A stretch of 64,000 nucleotides of DNA from Macrostomum lignano (lineage: Eukaryota). Positions 1 to 11,929 of this stretch are shown in pieces; position 1 is the stretch's first letter; the number at the start of each line of letters is the position of its first letter. The stretch spans positions 62,001 through 126,000 of the forward strand of contig NIVC01001574.1 in NCBI GenBank assembly GCA_002269645.1, given 5' to 3'. Under the pieces are notes generated by a model. The model did no database searches and had not been told where the DNA came from. It saw only the letters and a program-made list of their open reading frames with translations. The translations under genes and the position numbers were made by a program.

Positions 1-305
1 TTGGGAAGTTTCGGGGATTTAGGAAGTTTTGAGGATTTGGGAATTTGTGGGGATTTGGGAATTTGTGAGGATTTGGGAATTTGTGGGGATTTAGGAAGTT
101 TCGGGGATTTAAGGAGTTTTGGGGATTTGGGAAGTTTTAAGGATTTGGGGAGTTTTGGGGGATTTGGGAAGTTTTGAGGATTTGGGAATTTGTGAGGATT
201 TGGGAATTTGTGGGGATTTAGGAAGTTTCGGGGATTTAAGGAGTTTTGGGGATTTGGGAAGTTTTAAGGATTTGGGGAGTTTTGGGGGATTTGGGAAGTT
301 TCGAG
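1..305. repeat. Degenerate G/T-rich minisatellite (GGGATTTGGGAA-type, ~9/18-bp base units)
   Basis: Visible tandem periodicity; explains ORFs 109..399 and 119..331. Confidence 0.85.
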
Positions 306-430
306 GCATTTTGGAAATCATAGGATTATGAAAGCAACCATCAGTAACAAAGAAAATAGGCAAACGGCGAGAGCAACTATTTCCGTACTTTGTACACAAA
401 GTGCCTCGTCATCTGAACAGTACTGACAGG

Positions 431-1634
431 TCATTTACTTTTGCCAGCAGCCGATGCGGCGGCAGGGGAGGGCAGGACGAAGACGCACTGCTCGGAGCCA
501 AATGGCGAGTTGGCCTTGCTAGTGTGAATGATGGAGGGCAGCTGGAAGCCGGGCTCGTGCAGGCAAGACCGCTTCACAGCAATCGGGAGGCCGGCCTTGG
601 CCGCTGCCTCCAGGGACTTGCCACCGAACAGGTTGCGAAAGCTGTCGTCGAGGATCCTGGGATTGGATTCAACAGAACGCAGGTCCTCGCTCATGATGAA
701 CATGGGGATGGTGCTCGGCCGCTCGTGGCTGAAGCGACACGTGTTCAGGTGAGCCTGGGATCGAATCGGACGCGAGTGGGCGAGTTAATTTACATACGAT
801 TCACGCGCATTCACACAGGATTTACGCGCATTCACACAGGATTCACGTGCATTCACGCAGGATTCACGCGCATTCAGACAGGATTCACGCGCATTCATAC
901 AGGATTCACGCGCATTCACACAGGATTCACGTGTATTCACAAAGAATTCACACGCATTCACACAGGATTCACGTGCATTCACACAGGATTCACGCGCATT
1001 CACACAGGATTCACACGCATTCACACAGGATTCACGCGCACTTAAACAGGATTCATGCGCATTCACACAGGATTCACGCGCATTCACACATGATTCACGC
1101 GCATTCACACATGATTCACGCGCATTCACACATGATTCACGCGCATTCACACGAATATTCACTAATCTAATTGACATGCGCAGCGAGTTCACACAGAGTC
1201 AAGTGAATTTAATATATAATAATCTTTATCTTCACGCATTCACAGTGAATTCGTAAATTTTGAACACTCGCCTGTCCACTTGTCGAGCTGCCCACAGTTC
1301 CCAGCACCAGATGAGGCAGAGTTGGCAAGCTGCTGAGATCCCTAGGCGCCTTGGCATAGGCCATGTCATCGGCCTGGCTAAACTGAGTGCCCAGATGCTC
1401 GGCGAACGCGGCCCAACGCCGGATGTCCTGCAGCCGGTGGCAGTGCGGCCGGTGCCGCTGCCAGTCGCTCCGCTGGCAGTCGCGGCCGCAGTACCAGACG
1501 CCGCTGCAGCCGCCGCAGCGCTTGCACTCGGCTGGCCGGCGGCACAGGTGGCAGGGCAGCTCGGAGGGCAGCCGCAGCGCCGCCGCAATGGACGAGCCGT
1601 CCCCACTGGCCGCTGCCGAACTCTCGGAGGCCAT
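431..1634 (-). CDS. MYND-type zinc finger protein with uncharacterised C-terminal domain (~228 aa); exons 1634..1272, 754..431
   Basis: Exon 1 encodes CHLC..CKRCGGCSGVWYCGRDCQRSDWQRHRPHC (MYND consensus). A phase-0 join CAG|GCGAGT (1272/1271) to TCCCAG|GCT (755/754) gives one open frame ending in TGA at 433-431. An acceptor-like CAG lies 5 nt upstream of the ATG, so an upstream exon is possible. A further downstream exon via AA|GTAAAT near 437 cannot be excluded. Confidence 0.75.
795..1160. repeat. 21-bp minisatellite (ATTCACACAGGATTCACGCGC) in the MYND gene intron
   Basis: Tandem copies read directly. Confidence 0.9.
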
Positions 1635-1811
1635 GCGACCTGCGGCACAAGTTCTCAAGTACGAATCTGCTCTAAGTGCGCCGCTGAGATGTGTCTAATC
1701 CGCACTCTTTCTCACCTGGAATTACAGATCCATTTGGAGCTACTCAATGGGCTGCTTAGGGGTGCTGATTTTTTTTAAATGGGGGTCAATGAGGATCAAT
1801 AGATTCTTCTG

Positions 1812-2935
1812 TGACTGTCTGTGACAAACCACATGTGACTGTCAGTGACAAGCCCCATGTGACTGTCAGTGACAAACCTCATCATGTGACTGTCTGTGAC
1901 AAACCTCATCATGTGACTGTCTGTGACAAACCCTATGTGACTGTCAGTGACAAACCCTATGTGACTGTCAGTGACAAACCCTATGTGACTGTCAGTGACA
2001 AACCTCATCATGTGACTGTCTGTGACAAACCACATGTGACTGTCAGTGGCAAGCCCCATGTGACTGTCAGTGACCAACCACATGTGACTGTCAGTGACAA
2101 GCCCCATGTGACTGTCCGTGACCAACCACATGTGACTGTCTGTGACAAACCACATGTGACTGTCAGTGACCAACCACATGTGACTGTCAGTGACAAGCCC
2201 CATGTGACTGTCCGTGACCAACCACATGTGACTGTCTGTGACAAACCACATGTGACTGTCAGTGGCAAGCCCCATGTGACTGTCAGTGACAAACCACATG
2301 TGACTGTCAGTGGCAAGCCCCATGTGACTGTCAGTGACAAACCCTATGTGACTGTCAGTGGCAAGCCCCATGTGACTGTCAGTGACCAACCTCATGTGAC
2401 TCTCTGTGAAAAACTCCATGTGACTGTCTGTGACCAACCTCATGTGACTCTCTGTGAAAAACTCCATGTGACTCTCTGTGACAAACTCCATGTGACTGTC
2501 TGTGACAAAACCCATGTGACTGTCAGTGACCAACCTCATGTGACTCTCTGTGAAAAACTCCATGTGACTGTCTGTGACCAACCTCATGTGACTCTCTGTG
2601 AAAAACTCCATGTGACTCTCTGTGACAAACTCCATGTGACTGTCTGTGACCAACCTCATGTGACTCTCTGTGAAAAACTCCATGTGACTCTCTGTGACAA
2701 ACTCCATGTGACTGTCTGTGACAAAACCCATGTGACTGTCAGTGACCAACCTCATGTGACTCTCTGTGAAAAACTCCATGTGACTGTCTGTGACCAACCT
2801 CATGTGACTCTCTGTGAAAAACTCCATGTGACTCTCTGTGACAAACTCCATGTGACTGTCAGTGACCAACCTCATGTGACTCTCTGTGACAAACTCCATG
2901 TGACTGTCTGTGACAAAACCCATGTGACTGCCTGT
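1812..2935. repeat. 24-bp minisatellite (ATGTGACTGTCTGTGACAAACCAC)
   Basis: Tandem copies; gives artefactual 8-aa-repeat ORFs. Confidence 0.92.
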
Positions 2936-3874
2936 GGGAAAACCTGCAATGATCTGTCTATTTTCATATTTTCATCTATAGCTGCTCTCACGAGATTGAA
3001 AATTAACTATCAAAGAAGGCACGAAGGCGGTCAAGTGTGCAAAAAGTGACAGTGCAAGAAGCGGTGTTTATTAAAGCTGGTTGCGTTTTAAGAGCTGCAA
3101 ATTGGAATTATTATTTAAGCCATAAACTTTTGCAGGAAGAAGTATACTCGTAGTAGGGGGTGGAATCATGACTGACCGAAATTGAAGTGTCACACGGACA
3201 ACACAGCTGACACAGCTTACAGCTGACACAGCTTACAGCTGACACGGACAAAAATCAGTGTCCTATCAAAATGTTAAAGCTAATAAAATTGACCATCTTA
3301 CAATTCTTAAAAAAGTACAAAATAAGATAGAAAGGTTATAAACGTATATATGCGTATATATATATATAAACATAATGTGACGCACGGGGTGAGAACAAGG
3401 GCAGTGAGCAGCGCATGACAAAGCCTGGCAAGCAGGAGCACAGTCCAAGCAAAGCTAGTGTGAATTTGGTTTAAAACTGAGTGGCCCTGCGCGAACATAA
3501 TGACAATAAGTCAGACCGAGAAAGACACACAAAAAGTACGCAAGCACCCGAGGCACAAATTCGGTCAAGTTCAGACAAGGTCAACTCAGTTTAATGTCTG
3601 CATATAAATATGGAATGCTTACTAATGAATAGTGCTGACACCATAAAACTATATAGCGAGTGCTGTGTTAAAAAAGCAAAATTTGTTAAGAGATATTAAT
3701 CCGTATAAGAGTATAAAAACTGTGAAAACACACCGTAAAAAACAAATTCGCGGGAATCTCCAAAACGGGATAAGCTGGAAGCCGCAACAGTCAAAGTTAA
3801 GATAGATTCTACACACAGGGTAAACATTAAACCGCTAATGATCACGGCAACATTACTTATTGCGGAAAGTTGAG

Positions 3875-4280
3875 CACGGGAATTCCCAACGTATATCTGA
3901 GCATGGGAATTCCCAACGTACATCTGAGCATGGAAAATCCCTAACTACATCTGAGCATGGGAAATCCCTAAGTACATCTGAGCATGGGAAATCCCTAAGT
4001 ACATCTGAGCATGGGAAATCCCTAAGTACATCTGAGCATTGGAAATCCCTACGTACATCTAAGCATGGAAAATCCCTACGTACATCTGAGCATGGAAAAT
4101 CCCTACGTACATCTGAGTATGGGAAATCCCTACATAAATTTGAGCATAGGAAATCCCTGCGTACACAAGCATGGGGATTTCAGATATGTATGTACATCTC
4201 AGATATGTACATCTGAGCATTGGAAATGCCTACGTACATCTGAGCATGGGAATTCCCTACGAACATCTAAGTATGGGAAT
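3875..4280. repeat. 27-bp minisatellite (TACATCTGAGCATGGGAAATCCCTAAG) 3' of CerS copy A
   Basis: Tandem copies. Confidence 0.85.
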
Positions 4281-4352
4281 TCCAACTTTTAAAAATCCGC
4301 ATCAAAACGATGCGCTCCTATGTTACTAACCGTAGACACCATTGAAGTAATT

Positions 4353-5612
4353 TCACAGCCCCTTCTTAAGCTGCGAGTCGCCTTTATTGTCTGGACCGTC
4401 TTCAGCGGCGGACATCTCTGAATCACTGCGACTGTCCTTTGTATTGGGGTCCTGGGTGACCACGGATAGGGCGATGCGAAGGATAAAGTAGAACCAGATC
4501 ACATGCAGCACCTGTAGAACAAGCAGGCAACCATTAAACATGTACCACGATCTGAAGGGTCCAATAATGGTCCAGCTGTGGAACATGGCACTGTAGACAA
4601 CCCAGAACGGGTAGATGGTCAGCCTGGTGACAATCCAGCAGACCATGAACACTACAAACATGATGTCTCGAAGACGGGTGTTGCTGCTAGCATAGGTCAA
4701 GCACTTGGTCAGGTGCATGAACGGATCAACCACGTCGTGAATTAGCACGACCAGAGCTCCAATGCGGACATAGTTCAAGCACCAGCTGAATGACATCAGG
4801 CACACAGTGACCACGTGATGGATCAGCATCTCCGCAAAATCCTTGTGCTTGACGTCGGTGAAAATGTAGTACATGGCGGACCAGTAGTAGCCCAGGGAGA
4901 TCATGTAATACCAGTAGATGTCCGCGTCCACTGCCTGGTCCGGCCAGCCAATCCAGCAGTACCGGGCATCCCAGAAGTAGTCCTTGCCTACGTAGAGAGG
5001 GTTTCATGCAATAAGTGGTAGAGATTAAAGCGTTCTAGCAAGAGAGGGAGTCAGGATAGAGTCTGGAGGTTTGGGAGGGAAGCTACAAGGATACGGCAAG
5101 CAAATGCAGCAGTAGGCGGATTCGAACCCGAGCACGGCCCCAAACGCACCAACGAGGACGGCGAAGCCATACACCAGAATGCAGCTGTAGTGCAGGAAGA
5201 ACCATGCGCTCTCCACAAACTTCCTCAGCGTGGAAGACTTCAGCTGATTTCGCTTCCTCCGAAACCAGTTAGCGACCGATTTGTCCGACCAGCCCAGCTC
5301 GCCGGCCAGAGCCGACATCTGATCGACAGTCGGTCGCCGGTTCAGTCTAAAAACGGCGTCAAGTCGCTTGTTTGGCGTCACCGGCCTGACGGCATCCTTC
5401 GGTGCATCGGCGAGGCCCCAGCGCCTGCCCAGGGGGAACAGCAGGAAGGTCTCAACCAGGTAGCGCAGTAGGCAGAACGCCAGGCCGCACGCCAGCGACA
5501 TTGTCAGGTGAACTGGCCGCGGCGTCAGCCGGCCGTCAGGTCTGGAGGCGTATAGGCGAGCCCAGCTGATGTTGGCTGGCAGCCACATCTCCTCGCTCAG
5601 CAGGGCGTCCAT
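4353..5612 (-). CDS. CerS: Homeobox-containing ceramide synthase (CerS2/4/5/6, Lass/schlank type), copy A, 365 aa; exons 5612..5150, 4987..4353
   Basis: Hox-like segment (RRPTVDQMSALAGELGWSDKSVANWFRRKRNQLKSSTLRKFVES) and Lag1p motif (KDFAEMLIHHVVT...NYVRIGALVVLIHDVVD), plus C-terminal DSRSDSE. Phase-1 GT-AG intron 5149..4988; 1098 nt total, divisible by 3. Confidence 0.95.
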
Positions 5613-5699
5613 GCTATCGGGTTTGGGGGCGGCGGCAAGTCTGGCGCAGTCTGTTCACCGATTCTTTGCGGGGCTCCGGGGCGCTGCAACTGGGAGTGT

Positions 5700-6325
5700 T
5701 GGCTGGATTGTGCTGACTGTACATCTGGCTGGCTTGCACTGAGTGTACATTGGGTTGGCTAGCAGTGAGTGTACATTGGCTGGATTGTGCTGAGTGCACA
5801 TTAGCTGGATTGTGCTGAGTGTACATTGGGCTGGCTTGTGCTGACTGTACATTGGGCTGGCTTGTGCTGACTGTACATTGGGCTGGCTTGTGCTGAGTGC
5901 ACATTAGCTGGATTGCACTGAGTGTACATTGGGCTGGCTTGTGCTGAGTGTACGTTGGCTGGATTGTGCTAACTGTACATTAGGCTGAGGTTGGCTAGCA
6001 GTGAGTGTACATTGTACAGGGGTTGGCTAGCAGTGAGTGTAAATTGGACAGAGGTTGGCTAGCAGTGAGTGTACATTGGACAGGGGTTGGCTAGCAGTGA
6101 GTGTACATTGGACAGAGGTTGGCTAGCAGTGAGTGTACATTGGGCAGGGGGTTGGCTAGCAGTGAGTGTAAATTGGACAGAGGTTGGCTAGCAGTGAGTG
6201 TACATTGGGCAGGGGGTTGGCTAGCAGTGAGTGTACATGTACATTGGACAGGGGTTGGCTAGCAGTGAGTGTCATTGGGCAGGGGTTGGCTAGCAGTGAG
6301 TGTACATTGGACAGGGGTTGGCTAT
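5700..6325. repeat. Compound ~25-bp and ~32-bp minisatellite (GAGTGTACATT core) upstream of CerS copy A
   Basis: Tandem copies; homologous to 11930..12840. Confidence 0.85.
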
Positions 6326-6609
6326 ATTAAGAAATCTCTACATATCAAATTACGTAAAATATTTTGAAGCAACCACTGCGACTTCTCATAGTACTTTATA
6401 AAGTTACTGGCCTTAACCAGCATGAAAAATGTGTCAATGCTGTATTGGGAGCCGGCAATACCGTAAAAAATTATTATCGATCAGCGGTTTTAGTAAACAG
6501 GATTCTAAAATAAACATGGCTAATTGTTGACAGCGGCGAGGACGGACTGGAGCGGCTGGGCTGGCTGAATAATGCCGATTTTGACAGTCGGGTGGAAATT
6601 CTAACTGCA

Positions 6610-6790
6610 TCTGACAGCCTACAGCTGACAGCCAGCAGTTGACACAGACAGCGTGCAGTTGATACAGCCTGCAGTTGACACAGACAGCGTGCAGTTGATA
6701 CAGCCTGCAGCTGACACAGACAGCTTGCAGCTGACACAGACAGCCTGCAGCTGACACGGACAGCCTGCAGCTGACAGACAGCCTGCAGCT
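6610..6790. repeat. ~20-bp minisatellite (CTGACACAGACAGCCTGCAG)
   Basis: Tandem copies. Confidence 0.75.
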
Positions 6791-7183
6791 TGTAGTCTCA
6801 CTGACACATTTTGGGTAAGTGAAGAGGTAAAAATAGTAAAAAAACGCCACAAATTCAGTTGAAAGAATAAAAAGCCAAGACATACAAACAGCTGCCAAAT
6901 GACTGAGACAGGCACTAAGCAGACTAGATAAGGGAGTGCAGTCCGAGTGCACAGATTTATGCAAAAAATCTATTAAAAAATCGGATAAAAAAGTTTTAAG
7001 GATTGCAGGTTGCGAACACCAGAGACAGAAGTTGTGTTTTGGTTAGGCAAATTTCATGTACTAATTGAGCAAAATATAATTTTTTATTCGGAATGTTTTA
7101 TCATAATAAGGAAATCTAAATTGTCGAATAATCGACGACAAATTTATTAGAAGAGGGAGTAATAAATAGCGTGTTAAACAGTA

Positions 7184-7798
7184 GAACTACCACGGGGGAT
7201 TCCCGAGAATTTTTCTTTGCTGCGCTGGAACGGAGCAACGCAGGCACACGGAATGTGAGAACACGGCCCAACTTTTCGTTGCGCACCATCTAAACCAAGA
7301 AACAAGTCGCCAGCCCTCCAGACCGTCAAGATATATTTCATCAGCACGCACTGCTCTTCACTCAGAGCTTCTGGACCTTCAACAGGTGGCACCAGGTGAC
7401 TGTGGATACCCTGTTGCGATTTTATCTATTTTCGCTGATCAAGCCTCGACAGTGGGCAAACCTTAACTCCTGTACATCCTCAGCGAATCTCTTAAGCATT
7501 CCGTCATCACCCTGATGCCATCAGCACCTTCAACGGGTGGCACAATGCGACTATGGACGCCCTGTTGCAACTATGTCGAATTTCAGACTGTCAGACTGTA
7601 CTGAATACACCAGTGATTATAGAAACTAATCCGAGCTTTTGACAGAATCATTGAACATCTCGACGTCCGGAAGACAGACGACTTGCTTTTTGTTTTAGAA
7701 GGTACGCAACAGAGTTATCTTGAATTTCGTGCGTCTGCGTTGCTCCGTTCCAACTCAGCAAAAAATCGTCAGGGAAAATCCCCACCCCCCGGTAGTTC
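7184..7798. mobile_element. Degenerate element with ~70-bp imperfect terminal inverted repeats (DNA-transposon relic, family unassigned)
   Basis: 7184-7255 (GAACTACC...GGAACGGAGCAACGCAG) is an inverted copy of 7725-7798 (CTGCGTTGCTCCGTTCC...GGTAGTTC). Internal sequence is homologous to 47910-48480. No TSD found. Confidence 0.45.
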
Positions 7799-8024
7799 GA
7801 CGAGCGGAAATGTTTTGGTATTACCATTGTTAATTAATTGTTGTACACCATACAGACCGACTTTCTATGTAGCATCAACTAACAGTCTCCACAATGCTAA
7901 ACACTCCACACCCCAAATCTATCCCTATTTCACAAAAATGAAATTACTAAACAATCCTTGAAATGTTAGGATTGGCCTAGTGAGTTTCACAAGTGACCCA
8001 AGAGAACAGCGGAATTCTATTGCG

Positions 8025-9115
8025 GATCTGAGCATGGGAATCTACTCACAGAATCGAGCATAGGAATCCCCTTGCAGATCTGAGCATGGGAATCTACTCA
8101 CAGAATCGAGCATAAGAATCCCCTTGCAGATCTGACATCTGAGCATGGGAATCTACTCACAGAATTGAGCATAGGAATCCCCTTGCAGATCTGAGCATGG
8201 GAATCTACTCACAGAATCGAGCATAAGAATCCCCTTGCAGATCTGAGCATGGGAATCTACTCACAGAATCGAGCATAGGAATCCCCTTGCAGATCTGAGC
8301 ATGGGAATCTACTCACAGAATCGAGCATAGGAATCCCCTTGCAGATCTGAGCATGGGAATCTACTCACAGAATCGAGCATAGGAATCCCCTTGCAGATCT
8401 GAGCATGGGAATCTACTCACAGAATCGAGCATAGGAATCCCCTTGCAGATCTGAGCATGGGAATCTACTCACAGAATCGAGCATAAGAATCCCCTTGCAG
8501 ATCTGACATCTGAGCATGGGAATCTACTCACAGAATTGAGCATAGGAATCCCCTTGCAGATCTGAGCATGGGAATCTACTCACAGAATCGAGCATGGGAA
8601 TCCCCTTGCAGATCTGACACCTGAGCATGGGAATCTACTCACAGAATCGAGCATGGGAATCCCCTTGCAGATCTGACATCTGAGCATGGGAATCTACTCA
8701 CAGAATCGAGCATAGGAATCCCCTTGCAGATTTGACATCTGAGCATGGGAATCTACTCACAGAATCGAGCATGGGAATCCCCTTGCAGATTTGACATCTG
8801 AGCATGGGAATCTACTCACAGAATCGAGCATGGGAATCCCCTTGCAGATCTGACATCTGAGCATGGGAATCTACTCACAGAATCGAGCATAGGAATCCCC
8901 TTGCAGATCTGAGCATGGAAATCTACTCACAGAATCGAGTATGGGAATCCCCTTGCAGATCTGACATCTGAGCATGGGAATCTACTCACAGAATCGAGCA
9001 TAGGAATCCCCTTGCAGATCTGAGCATGGGAATCTACTCACAGAATCGAGCATAGGAATCCCCTTGCAGATCTGAGCATGGAAATCTACTCACAGAATCG
9101 AGCATGGGAATCCCC
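8025..9115. repeat. 52-bp dimeric minisatellite (CTGAGCATGGGAATCTACTCACAGAATCGAGCATAGGAATCCCCTTGCAGAT) 3' of CerS copy B
   Basis: Tandem copies; some units carry a short GACATCT insertion. Confidence 0.9.
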
Positions 9116-9178
9116 TGATAGACAGCGTTACTATTCACCATAATGAGCTGACAGTTAGAAGGTGGAATTTCAAAACCC

Positions 9179-11844
9179 CTATTTATGCTTGCAGTCGACT
9201 CCATCGTCTAGACCGTCTTCAGTGGCGGACATCTCTGAATCGCTGCGACTATCCTTAGCGTCGGGGTCCTGAGTGACCACGGATAGGGCGATGCGAAGGA
9301 TAAAGTAGAACCAGATCACGTGCAGCACCTGTAGAACAAGCAGGCAACCATTAAACATGTACCACGATCTGTAGGGTCCAATAATGGCCCAGCTGTGGAA
9401 CATGGCACTGTAGACAACCCAGAACGGGTAGATGGTGAGCCTGGTGACGATCCAGCAGACCATGAACACCACAAACATCATGTCTCGAAGACAGGTGTTG
9501 CTGCTAGCATAGGACAAACACTTGGTCAGGTGCATGAACGGATCAACCACGTCGTGTACAAGAAGAACGAGAGCTCCGATGCGGACATAGTTTAAGCACC
9601 AGCTGAAGGACATCAGGCACACAGTGACCACGTGATGGATCAGCATCTCCGCAAAATCCTTGTGCTTGACGTCGGTGAAAATGTAGTACATGGCGGACCA
9701 GTAGTAGCCCAGGGAGATCATGTAATACCAGTAGATGTCCGCGTCCACTGCTTGGTCCGGCCAGCCAATCCAGCAGTACCGGGCATCCCAGAAGTAGTCC
9801 TTGCCTGCGTAGAGAGGGAGATATGAAGGTCAGGGGGAGATTTCAGTGTCCCAAGGAAATAGATGTGCCGGGTGGTGGCGTTTCTTGATTCTCACAGCAA
9901 AGTGGAATTGAATCGATTTCACTGTTGCACTTATGGCCGAGCCTGCTTCTCGTGTGCCAGACGGAGTTTTTGATTCTCACAGCAAAGTGGAATTCAACTG
10001 ATTTCACTGTTACACTTATGGCCGAGCCTGCTTCTCGTGTGCCAGACGGAGTTTTTGATTCTCACAGCAAAGTGGAATTCAACTGATTTCACTGTTACAC
10101 TTATGGCCGAGCCTGCTTCTCGTGTGCCAGACGGAGTTTTTGATTCTCACAGCAAAGTGGAATTCAACTGATTTCACTGTTACACTTATGGCCGAGCCTG
10201 CTTCTCGTGTGCCAGACGGAGTAACGGTGAGCGCAAAAAACTCCTTGAGAGTCTATACTTCAATCAAGGGTATAACAATGGCATCGCGAATTCGCGGTCA
10301 ACAGTGTACTGGGAGACGCAAAGCAGCTTCAGTGCAAATGCGTTGCGTGAAAGAACGTTGAGAATCAGATTTTCTCACTGAGCAAGCAAAGGTTGCCGAC
10401 AAAGTGCATTGTGAAACCTGCTTGAAGTACCGGACATACGCTCGTAGAACGCTTGGATGTCAGAGGTAGCAATGAACGATGGATTGATCGATAGGACGTT
10501 GTTTATCTTTGATGTACGGGGTCTATTTGGCTCGATGGATACGGTTTATTGCGATTTCTGAGATTACTCAAGGCCCAGAAAGATGAGATTACAGCCCGAA
10601 TGCATTAGGAATCGTAGTTCAAAGCCAAGATAAACGTTTGCTGTTTGAACAAGAGACAAATAAATTATTTTGTTGCCAAAGCTTACAAAATGGAAGACCC
10701 ATCTCATGATTTTGAACTCTTTCTACACACCAACTATAGGTGAAATGAAAACGGAGGAGTGTCTTAGTTCTGACTGAATCGACGCCAATTAATATTTTAT
10801 GTTAATAAACGTCAGCTGCAAGTTCATAAAAAAGCTATCGGTGGATACAAGCGCTTTACTGAGACTGCTACCGACGCGTCAAGTAAAAAATTATACCCAT
10901 CTCGGAAAGTACATGCACAATGGGCTTTTCCAACCTTGACCCCCGGACTCAAGGCTGTCGCAGCACCTGGACTCTGTACAGCATGAAATCGAGAAAATCA
11001 CGATCGGCCGGCCTTAATCAAGTTTACAGACGAAGTGAGGCAACGAAAACATGTTCCTTGCTTACAATCAAGTCATGCCTCCAGCACCAACTACTTCATG
11101 ACCAAGACTGATGCCATGTAAGCATTCGATTCAGTAGATGCTTCCCTATGATTGACAAGGAGGTGCCTTTAGCTGGTGCATTGCAATGAAGCGCCTCAGT
11201 TGGCGGCATCGACTCGCCAAGCAGATTATTCCGAACTACACACCAATATTTCTTTATTAATGTAATAGTTGTCAGAAAAATTCAGCCCCATCCAGTTTTG
11301 ACCAATGAAAATTTGCATTTCCTTCTCTTGAAAATAGTGCAAGAGTACATAAATCGGGGGCAGATCAGGCCCCAAACGCACCAACGAGAACGGCGAAGCC
11401 ATACACCAGAATGCAGCTGTAGTGCAGGAAGAACCACGCGCTCTCCACAAACTTCCTCAGCGTGGAAGACTTCAGCTGATTTCGCTTCCTCCGAAACCAG
11501 TTAGCGACCGATTTGTCCGACCAGCCCAGCTCGCCGGCCAGAGCCGACATCTGATCGACTGTCGGTCGCCGGTTCAGTCTAAAAACGGCGTCAAGTCGCT
11601 TGTTTGGCGTCACCGGCCTGACGGCATCCTTCGGTGCATCGGCGAGGCCCCAGCGCCTGCCCAGGGGGAACAGCAGGAAGGTCTCAACCAGGTAGCGCAG
11701 TAGGCAGAACGCCAGGCCGCACGCCAGCGACATTGTCAGGTGAACTGGCTGCGGCGTCAGCCGGCCGTCAGGTCTGGAGGCGTATAGGCGAGCCCAGCTG
11801 ATGTTGGCTGGCAGCCACATCTCCTCGCTCAGCAGGGCGTCCAT
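9179..11844 (-). CDS. CerS: Homeobox-containing ceramide synthase, copy B, 362 aa; exons 11844..11382, 9804..9179
   Basis: Exon 1 is almost identical to copy A, and the Lag1p motif is intact (HHVVT...HDVVD). Phase-1 intron 11381..9805 (G|GTGCGT...CAG|GC); 1089 nt total. Confidence 0.93.
9886..10221. repeat. Four tandem 85-bp units in the CerS copy B intron
   Basis: TGATTCTCACAGC recurs at 9886, 9971, 10056 and 10141. Confidence 0.9.
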
Positions 11845-11929
11845 GCTATCGGGTTTGGGGGCGGCGGCAAGTCTGGCGCAGTCTGTTCACCGATTCTTTG
11901 CGGGGCTCCGGGGCACTGCAACTGGGAGT

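Noticed and set aside
1796-3049. 375/412-aa His/Thr/Asp repeat ORFs
   Set aside because: 24-bp minisatellite read-through.
5110-5135. tRNA gene (GGTTCGAATCC); also ~27457 and ~44055
   Set aside because: Only B-box/T-arm-like motifs; no acceptor, D and anticodon stems forming a cloverleaf.
8025-9115. CRISPR-like repeat-spacer array
   Set aside because: The 'spacers' are themselves repeated, there are no cas genes and the context is eukaryotic. The same applies to every other array in the window.
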